Part shown: piece after piece, positions 9,852-17,056 of the stretch
Layout of the letters: every line of letters starts with the position of its first letter
Position numbering within the stretch: position 1 is the first letter of the stretch
Source: Campylobacterota bacterium
GTDB taxonomy: Bacteria > Campylobacterota > Campylobacteria > Campylobacterales > Sulfurimonadaceae
Reading direction: 5' to 3'
Assembly: GCA_034717975.1 (NCBI GenBank)
Contig: JAYEMF010000106.1
Coordinates: 35,908 to 75,523 of the forward strand
Length of the DNA: 39,616 bases
Translations under genes and position numbers: made by a program
The notes under the pieces: generated by a model
Told to the model about the DNA's origin: nothing
Database searches by the model: none
Seen by the model: the letters and a program-made list of their open reading frames with translations, nothing else

Positions 9852-10004
9852 TCCCGCAAGTGTTCGACAATTGCAACTCAAGGGCGCAAACGGCGTAAGA
9901 GTCTACTGCCGAAGCGGTCTACTCTGTGCCATTGGTCAGTACTGGATAAGCGTAGATTTAGGGGTTTTTGCTCCTATGGAGTTCTAAATAATAGAAGGAG
10001 TAGC

Positions 10005-12377
10005 GTGAAAAAGTTGGCATGGTATCTGATCGTTATTTTCATCCTGTTTGCGCTGGTTATCTCTTCGTTTATTTTTGTCTCTTCTGAGTTTGAGAAACAG
10101 ATTAGAAAAACAGAAAATGAGATTAATGGGGTTTTGTTCGCCAAAAAAGTTCAGTCTCTTATTGTAAAACTCCAGCTGCTCAGAGGGTATGGCCAGTTTA
10201 CGGAAGATGCGACTACTGATACAGAGCTTCAGGAAATTGCATCGGAAAAAGAGCAAATAAATCTTTCTCTTCAGCAAGATATTGCCGAATTTAAAGAGTT
10301 TAAAGTGAAATTTCCAAGCCTGTATGATGATGAGTATAGTTATATTCTTGATACTTTGCGGGTGTTAAAGCAGAAAAATGCTATGGGGCCAGCTGAACTT
10401 TTTCAAAAGTACACGCATCTCATTACAAGACTCAAAGAGAAATTTTATCATCTGGGTATAGCGTCTGAACTCTTTTTTGAGGAGGAGTCTGAAAGCTACT
10501 ATTTAATGGATATTCTTTTTGATCATCTGCCAAATTATATTGAAGCTATTGCCAGACTCAGAGGTGAGACGTCACGTTATCTTCTACAAAAAGATTTGTC
10601 GCAAAATTTGACAGACTCTATTAGTAACAGCTGTTATATGTGTGAAAATGAACGAAGTGAGATTAAAAAAATCATTGATGTCATGCATGATCACAATCAA
10701 AAGATGACTTTCTCGACCAACCTTACAGAAATAGAAAGCAATCTATCGGAGCTGAGAAAATATATAAAAAAAACGATCAATGGTGAAGCGATTAATATTA
10801 CGGCATTGGTTTTTTTTAAAAAGGCCTCCTTGGTAGTTGATCAAAGTAAGGAAATGTATGAGATGAGTACGGACTTTTTATTACAAAAACTACAATCAAG
10901 AGAACAAAGGTTTAAAAGCAGGCAACAGTATAGCGTGATGGCTGTTGTCCTGTTCGTTCTGCTTATGTCTGCAATACTCTACTTTATGGTTAGAAATACA
11001 CGAATATTGATGACACGTGAAGAAGCAGAGAAAGAGGAGCTGATCGCAACCAATAATTTGAAAACAGTTTTATTGCAGTGCAATACACTTGAGGAGATGT
11101 CTGTAAAAGCGCTCACTTTTCTGGCAGAAAAGTCCAATGCATTTCAGGGGATGATCTACCTTTACAGTGAAGAGAATGACAAACTCTACCTTTCAGCTAC
11201 CTATGCAGCAGAAGATGCTGATCCGATCGTTGAGATGGGCGAGGGAACTGTTGGACAAATAGCGTTAACTAAGAAGAATGTCTGTAATAGGTATCCTTCA
11301 ATGCACATAGAGAAAGAGAGTATAGCAGTGACACCGAGCACGGTTTGTACGTTTCCATTTCTAAGTTCGAATCAACTGGTTGCCGTTGTAGAGCTGAGCT
11401 TTTTGAGTGATAAACAAAAGTGCTCTATTGACGATGCAGAGCATTTTATCGAGATTATCATTGGTTTTTTACGTGATGCCCTGCATGAGCAGAACAATCA
11501 AAAGCAACTTGAACTGCTGGATAAAAATGTAATGACATCGAAAACAAATAAAGAGGGTGTGATTATAGATATCAGTGCGCTGTTCGCAAGTGTAAGTGGG
11601 TATACAAAAGATGAGTTGATCGGAAAGAATCACAATATACTCAAACATTCGGATACTCCGGTTGAAGTCTATCAAGAGATGTGGACGACACTCTTGTCCG
11701 GCAGGGAGTGGAGGGGTGAGATTAAAAATCGTAAAAAAGATGGAAGTGATTATTGGATAGAGACACTCATAACACCAGACAGGGACAACTATGGGAATAT
11801 TCTTGGCTTCTCCGCCGTTATCCATGAGATCACAGACAAAAAAAGAGTTGAAAAGATCTCCATAACCGATGCCTTGACCGGACTTTATAACCGCCATTTT
11901 TTTGATATCACTTACCCCCGAATTTTTAAGAGTGCAAAACGGGAAAAGAGGGGCATGGTATTTTTAATGATGGACATCGACTTTTTCAAACAGTATAATG
12001 ATACTTATGGCCACCAGAAAGGGGATGAGGCGCTCAGATCAGTCGCAGAAGTTATGAACGAACAGTTTACGCGACCGGATGATTACCTCTTCAGGCTCGG
12101 CGGAGAAGAGTTTGGTGCGCTTTATTACAGTGATAACCTAGAAAGTGCCTATAAAATGGCAGAAACAGTGAATCAACAGGTTGTAGAGCTTAAAATCGAT
12201 CATGAACAAAACAGTGCATCGCCGTATCTGACCATCTCAATCGGATTGTTTTTTATCCCGGCTGATTGTCATCTTATAGATTTGGATGAGATCTATAAAG
12301 CAGCTGACGATGCACTATACAGAGCCAAAGAGAGTGGACGTAATTGTATTGAGCTGGTTGAGAGTACAATATGTTAA
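10005..12377 (+). CDS. Membrane-anchored diguanylate cyclase (periplasmic helical sensor, GAF, PAS, GGDEF)
   Basis: Two TM helices flank a periplasmic domain; GAF-like GEGTVGQIA; PAS (SGYTKDELIG...WRGEIKNRKKDGSDYW); DALTGLYNR, DIDFFKQYND, I-site RPDD and active site GGEEF. Confidence 0.9.
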   Translation: MKKLAWYLIVIFILFALVISSFIFVSSEFEKQIRKTENEINGVLFAKKVQSLIVKLQLLRGYGQFTEDATTDTELQEIASEKEQINLSLQQDIAEFKEFKVKFPSLYDDEYSYILDTLRVLKQKNAMGPAELFQKYTHLITRLKEKFYHLGIASELFFEEESESYYLMDILFDHLPNYIEAIARLRGETSRYLLQKDLSQNLTDSISNSCYMCENERSEIKKIIDVMHDHNQKMTFSTNLTEIESNLSELRKYIKKTINGEAINITALVFFKKASLVVDQSKEMYEMSTDFLLQKLQSREQRFKSRQQYSVMAVVLFVLLMSAILYFMVRNTRILMTREEAEKEELIATNNLKTVLLQCNTLEEMSVKALTFLAEKSNAFQGMIYLYSEENDKLYLSATYAAEDADPIVEMGEGTVGQIALTKKNVCNRYPSMHIEKESIAVTPSTVCTFPFLSSNQLVAVVELSFLSDKQKCSIDDAEHFIEIIIGFLRDALHEQNNQKQLELLDKNVMTSKTNKEGVIIDISALFASVSGYTKDELIGKNHNILKHSDTPVEVYQEMWTTLLSGREWRGEIKNRKKDGSDYWIETLITPDRDNYGNILGFSAVIHEITDKKRVEKISITDALTGLYNRHFFDITYPRIFKSAKREKRGMVFLMMDIDFFKQYNDTYGHQKGDEALRSVAEVMNEQFTRPDDYLFRLGGEEFGALYYSDNLESAYKMAETVNQQVVELKIDHEQNSASPYLTISIGLFFIPADCHLIDLDEIYKAADDALYRAKESGRNCIELVESTIC

Positions 12378-12400
12378 TAAACAGCAGACAGGAGGATAAG

Positions 12401-14836
12401 ATGCGTATAGTTATTGTTGGCGGCGGGATTGCCGCCGTATATACAGCCAATGCCATAATGGAGCTCAAACGTGATGCCGAAGTGGTGATCGTCTCCGGGG
12501 AGAAGTATGCCCCGTATGACCGTATTCACCTCTGTGCCTTGGTGGATGGGAGTGAAGATGTCGATGGCGTGACGCTTGAACTCGACCCTGCTGTCAAAGT
12601 CGAGCTGGATCAGGAGATCACCTCCATCGACAGAGATGCCAAACGTATCTACTCCGAGCATGCGATGTTCGCTTATGACAAGCTCATCATCACGACCGGT
12701 TCCAAGCCCGGAGAACTTTTCGATATCAGCGGCATTGAAAACGCTACGACCTTTCGAAGTGCCGATGACAGCTTCAAGATAGCGAAAAGCATCAAAGATA
12801 AAAATGTCATCATCATGGGAGTCGGACCGATCGGTCTGGAACTGCTCGACACCTTGATGAAGATGCCCGATGCCAAAGGGATCTACCTGCTCTCACGCGG
12901 ACCCCATCTCTACTCGAAAGATCTCAACCCCGCTTCCATCGCACTGATCCAGGGGATCTTTGAAGCCGATCCGCGCATTACCATCTCCTTCAATGACGAG
13001 ATCGTCGATAAAGAAACTGAAGGTAGTCAAATCACGACAGTCTCTACCAAAAAACATACCATTGATGACCCGTTCATCATTTTTGGCGTCGGTATCTCTC
13101 CCAATGTCGGTTTTGCTGCGTCATCTGTTGAGGTCAATAAAGGGGTTCTGGTCGATGATACGATGTGTTCAAGCGACCCCGACATCTATGCTGTCGGCGA
13201 ATCGGCTGAAATACGCTCAAGCGGCTATGTTGCCGGCCGAGTGAAAGAGTGTACGCTTCAGGCGAATGTCGCCGTAGCGAACATTTTGAAGACAGAAGAG
13301 CTGAGCATCAAGGAGGAAGCGGCGATTGACGGGCTGAAGGTCGGCTCCTTCCTCTTTACCGATGTCTCATCGCCGAATTATGATGTCCGCAGTGAAGATA
13401 ACGAGCATATTGTTCTCTATTCGAAAAAAGAGAACCGCATTGACCAGTACATCATCAACAGCGACAGACTTGTAAGGTTCATCGGGATCAACTCCAACAT
13501 CGATGCCATACAGCTGAAAAAAATGATCGAAAACGATGAAGAGGTGGATGCTGCCTACTTCTACCAAAACCGTCTTATCAGTGAACGCGGCCGCATCGTA
13601 TGTAGCTGTGAGAGTGTCTTTGAACAGGACCTTGTCGATCTTATCAAAGAGAATGCCGTTACCAGTTTTGGTGAGCTTAAAGGATTGAGCGAAGCGGGCC
13701 GAACCTGCGGCCGATGTAAAAAAGATATCTCCGATATTATCGCCGCAACCCCGGTAGACCCGGAAGAGGCAGCGCGTATCAAGGCGGAGAAAATAGCAGC
13801 CAGAGATGCTGCAGAGCTGGCAAAAGTTCAAAAGCGGATCGACAAGTTCAACAAACTGCACCCGGCCAATCAGATCGATGCCAGTAACCTTGAAGAGGCG
13901 ATCAACTCCTTTGATATGAATCAGGAGTATAACCGCTGGGTCTCGATGATCACGGCCAGCATGCGGCTTCCGCATCGCTATGAAGGGGTGGTCAAGTGCG
14001 GGATCCAGAATCTTAACAAGATCCCGATTGTCTGGCTGGAGCTGTCGGACTGTACCGGCAACTCCGAGGGTTTCATAAAGTCAGCCCATCCGAAAGTGGA
14101 CGACCTGATCCTGAAATATATCTCGCTCGATTATCACGATCTGCTTATGGCGGCGGCAGGCGATCAGTCTGAGAGCGTGCTTGAAGGTATCATTGAAAAT
14201 GACAAGGGTAAGTATATTCTGATGGTCGAAGGGGCGGTGCCGCTGGGGATGGATGGCAAGTTCCTGCGTATCGGGCCAAAAGGCGAAACGGGTGAAGAGC
14301 TTTTGAAACGGGTAGCCAAGGATGCAGCAGCGGTGCTGGCTGTCGGTACCTGTGCGCTCGATGGCGGTGTCGTTGCCGCTGAACCCAATCCTACCGGAGC
14401 GGTAGGTGTGGCCGAGGCGCTTGGCAGGGACGATATCATCAACCTGCCGGGTTGTCCGGTCAACCCGATCAATATTGTCGGAACCCTGCTGCACTACATC
14501 ATGTTTGACGAACTCCCGGCCCTCGATGCCAAGAACCGACCGGAGTGGGCCTACAGTTTCAGGGTCCATGACAACTGTGAACGGCGCGGTCACTACGATA
14601 TGGATGAGTTTGTCCTGGAGTGGGGTGATGAGGGGGCGAAAAAAGGGTGGTGCCTTTTCGAGATGGGCTGTAAAGGGCCGTATGCCGATCTGAACTGTTC
14701 GCTTGTGAAGTTCAATGAGGGAACCAGCTGGCCGGTTCAGGTGGGCCATGGCTGTTTTGCCTGCGGTGAAGGGAAGATCGCCTTCGACCACTACGCCAAC
14801 AATAGAAAATTAGAGGTTGAACCCGATGAAAAATAA
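12401..14836 (+). CDS. Fusion protein: NirB/NasB-like FAD/NAD(P)H oxidoreductase + BFD-like [2Fe-2S] domain + group-1-type [NiFe]-hydrogenase small subunit
   Basis: Flavoprotein motifs GGGIAA, YDRIHL, TTGS, GVGPIGLE, IYAVGE; BFD motif CSC...CGRC (13601-13717); from about 14021 hydrogenase small-subunit motifs IVWLELSDCTGN, SLDYH, VEGAVP, GTCA, PGCP, HDNC, WCLFEMGCKGP, SWPVQVGHGCFAC. RBS GGAGG before ATG 12401. Confidence 0.9.
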   Translation: MRIVIVGGGIAAVYTANAIMELKRDAEVVIVSGEKYAPYDRIHLCALVDGSEDVDGVTLELDPAVKVELDQEITSIDRDAKRIYSEHAMFAYDKLIITTGSKPGELFDISGIENATTFRSADDSFKIAKSIKDKNVIIMGVGPIGLELLDTLMKMPDAKGIYLLSRGPHLYSKDLNPASIALIQGIFEADPRITISFNDEIVDKETEGSQITTVSTKKHTIDDPFIIFGVGISPNVGFAASSVEVNKGVLVDDTMCSSDPDIYAVGESAEIRSSGYVAGRVKECTLQANVAVANILKTEELSIKEEAAIDGLKVGSFLFTDVSSPNYDVRSEDNEHIVLYSKKENRIDQYIINSDRLVRFIGINSNIDAIQLKKMIENDEEVDAAYFYQNRLISERGRIVCSCESVFEQDLVDLIKENAVTSFGELKGLSEAGRTCGRCKKDISDIIAATPVDPEEAARIKAEKIAARDAAELAKVQKRIDKFNKLHPANQIDASNLEEAINSFDMNQEYNRWVSMITASMRLPHRYEGVVKCGIQNLNKIPIVWLELSDCTGNSEGFIKSAHPKVDDLILKYISLDYHDLLMAAAGDQSESVLEGIIENDKGKYILMVEGAVPLGMDGKFLRIGPKGETGEELLKRVAKDAAAVLAVGTCALDGGVVAAEPNPTGAVGVAEALGRDDIINLPGCPVNPINIVGTLLHYIMFDELPALDAKNRPEWAYSFRVHDNCERRGHYDMDEFVLEWGDEGAKKGWCLFEMGCKGPYADLNCSLVKFNEGTSWPVQVGHGCFACGEGKIAFDHYANNRKLEVEPDEK

Positions 14837-16520
14837 AAAGATTGTCATTGACCCGATCACCAGAATAGAGGGGCATCTGCGTATTGAAGTAGAGATCGAC
14901 GAGAACAATGTTGTGCAAGAGGCATGGGCTTCAGGACAGCTCTTCCGCGGGATCGAAACCATCCTCAAAGGGCGGGACCCGCGTGACGCCGGGCTGATCG
15001 CACAGCGTATCTGCGGGGTCTGTACCAATGTCCACTACCGTGCTTCCATCAGTGCGGTAGAGGATGCCTATAGTATTGTGCTGCCAAAAAATGCCGAGAT
15101 CATCCGCAATCTCACAACACTGGCACTCTTTGTGCAGGATCACCTTGTCCACTATTACCATCTGCATTCACTCGATTTTGTAGATGTGGTCAGTGCGCTT
15201 GATGCGGATGAGAGAGAGGCAAAAGAGGTGAGTAAGAAGTTTCATCACTACCCTTACCGCAGTTCGACAGGCCGCTTTAGCAATGTCAAAGAGAAGCTGG
15301 CTTCTTTTGTCAAAGCGGGGCGTCTGGGACTCTTTGCCAATGGTTACTGGGGGCACAGTGAGTATAAACTGACCCCGGAAGAGAACCTCGTTCATATGAG
15401 CCACTATCTCGACGCTCTGCGTATTCAGCGTGATCTGAGCAAAGCGATCGCCATCTTTGCCGGCAAGACGCCGCATCCGCAGAACCTTATCGTCGGCGGG
15501 GTGACGAGTGTCGCCGATATGCTAAACCCGCAGCGTCTGAACGATTTTATGTTTATTATCAAAGATGTCAGAGACTTTATCGAGCGGGCCTACATCCCCG
15601 ATATTATGATGGTAACAAAAGCCTATATGGGTGAGATCAAAGCGGGTGTCGGGCGCGGAAGCGGCAACTTCCTGGTTGCCGGCGGTTACCGCTTCGGCAA
15701 GGCGAAGACACTCTTTAGCGAAGGGGTGGTCACGGGGCATGATTTTGAAAATATCGAAGCCTTTGATGTGACGAACATTACCGAAGAGGCATCACGGGCA
15801 TGGTATACGGATGATGAACCGGCTTCTCCGTATGAAGGAACAACTACTCCGAAGTATACTGATCTCAATGAGGATGGAAGCCTTAAGACCGAGGGCAAAT
15901 ACAGCTGGGTCAAAGCGCCGCGCTATAAGGGAAAACCTATGGAAGTGGGGCCGCTTGCGCGGATGGTGATCGGCTATGCCAAAGATTCGGAAGTCATCAA
16001 GCCCTATATGGAGCGCTTTATGGAGGCGACCGGAATGGAGCTGATGGACTTTTCGACGACCGTCGGACGTACTGCCGCACGGGCGGTCGAGGCGCAGATC
16101 TGTAATGACTACATCTTCGATTTTATCAGTGATCTCATCGAAAATATCAAGTATTATGATGAAGAGACCTGGACCAAGTACGTGTTTGAAGAGCTGCCGA
16201 CAGAAGGAAAAGGTGCCGGGATTTTTGAGGTTCCGCGCGGAATGCTCTCCCACTTCGTCCGTATCGAAGATGCGAAGATCGCCAACTATCAGGCGGTGGT
16301 CCCGACGACATGGAACGCTTCACCCAAAGATGCCTCAAATGTTCGCGGGCCGTATGAAGAGTCCCTTGTAGGTATCACCCTGGCTGATCCTTCCGCTCCA
16401 CTGGAAGTGTTACGGGTGATCCACTCGTTCGATCCGTGCCTTGCCTGCGCGGTACATGTGATCGATACCAAAGGGAGAGAGCTGGCGGAGTACAGAGTCA
16501 ATTCGGCCTGTAGCATTTGA
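14826..16520 (+). CDS. hydB: Group-1-type [NiFe]-hydrogenase large subunit
   Basis: IDPITRIEGHLRIEV, RGIETILKGRDPRDA, QRICGVC, GKYSWVKAPRY, VVPTTWNASP, and SFDPCLACAVH followed by a cleavable C-terminal extension. Confidence 0.92.
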   Translation: MKNKKIVIDPITRIEGHLRIEVEIDENNVVQEAWASGQLFRGIETILKGRDPRDAGLIAQRICGVCTNVHYRASISAVEDAYSIVLPKNAEIIRNLTTLALFVQDHLVHYYHLHSLDFVDVVSALDADEREAKEVSKKFHHYPYRSSTGRFSNVKEKLASFVKAGRLGLFANGYWGHSEYKLTPEENLVHMSHYLDALRIQRDLSKAIAIFAGKTPHPQNLIVGGVTSVADMLNPQRLNDFMFIIKDVRDFIERAYIPDIMMVTKAYMGEIKAGVGRGSGNFLVAGGYRFGKAKTLFSEGVVTGHDFENIEAFDVTNITEEASRAWYTDDEPASPYEGTTTPKYTDLNEDGSLKTEGKYSWVKAPRYKGKPMEVGPLARMVIGYAKDSEVIKPYMERFMEATGMELMDFSTTVGRTAARAVEAQICNDYIFDFISDLIENIKYYDEETWTKYVFEELPTEGKGAGIFEVPRGMLSHFVRIEDAKIANYQAVVPTTWNASPKDASNVRGPYEESLVGITLADPSAPLEVLRVIHSFDPCLACAVHVIDTKGRELAEYRVNSACSI

Positions 16521-17056
16521 GCCGCATCATTGTCATCGGTGTTGGAAACATCCTCTTCCTGGATGAAGGGGTAGGTGTCTATGCCGCGGCCTATCTGGAT
16601 GCCAACTACAGTTTTTCTCCACCCATAGAGATCATAGACGGGGGAACACTGGGAGTAAGGCTCAGTGAGTATTTTCTGGCGTATGATGATGTCATTATCT
16701 GCGATACGGTCTCTATCGATGATAAGGCAGGCTCTGTCTACGCGCTGAACGATGAGGCACTCTCCGGTCTGGGAAAAACGGCGCAGAGTGTCCACGAGAT
16801 CGAGATCACACAGATGCTCGAGACCTGCAAAATGGCTGGCAAGTGTGCCGATGTCGGGATCGTAGGGGTGGTTCCAGAAGATATTGAAACGGTAGCTTTC
16901 GGGCTTAGCCGACATCTCAAAGATGCCTTTCCCCAAATGATAGAGACGATTATCTCGTTACTTGAGACCAAAGGTATTACTGTGCAAAAGGGTGGGAAGT
17001 CCACCCCGCTTTCAGAGATCATTGCCGGCTATACGACGGCTACGGCCCCGCGATGA
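16517..17056 (+). CDS. hydD: Hydrogenase maturation endopeptidase (HyaD/HybD family)
   Basis: IGVGNILFLDEGVGV, IIDGGTLG, SVHE; overlaps the large-subunit stop codon. Confidence 0.9.
   Translation: MSRIIVIGVGNILFLDEGVGVYAAAYLDANYSFSPPIEIIDGGTLGVRLSEYFLAYDDVIICDTVSIDDKAGSVYALNDEALSGLGKTAQSVHEIEITQMLETCKMAGKCADVGIVGVVPEDIETVAFGLSRHLKDAFPQMIETIISLLETKGITVQKGGKSTPLSEIIAGYTTATAPR

Noticed and set aside
9860..9960. c-di-GMP-I (GEMM) riboswitch suggested by GGGCGCAAA upstream of a GGDEF gene
   Set aside because: I could not find the GCAAAC/GNRA-tetraloop P1-P2 architecture; kept only as an unexplained hairpin.
9844..9987. 47-aa GTG-started ORF overlapping the echF end
   Set aside because: No recognisable motif, marginal RBS spacing, and it overlaps the hairpin.
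12401..13760. Stand-alone NADH nitrite reductase NirB
   Set aside because: There is no siroheme domain; the frame continues without a stop into a hydrogenase small subunit.
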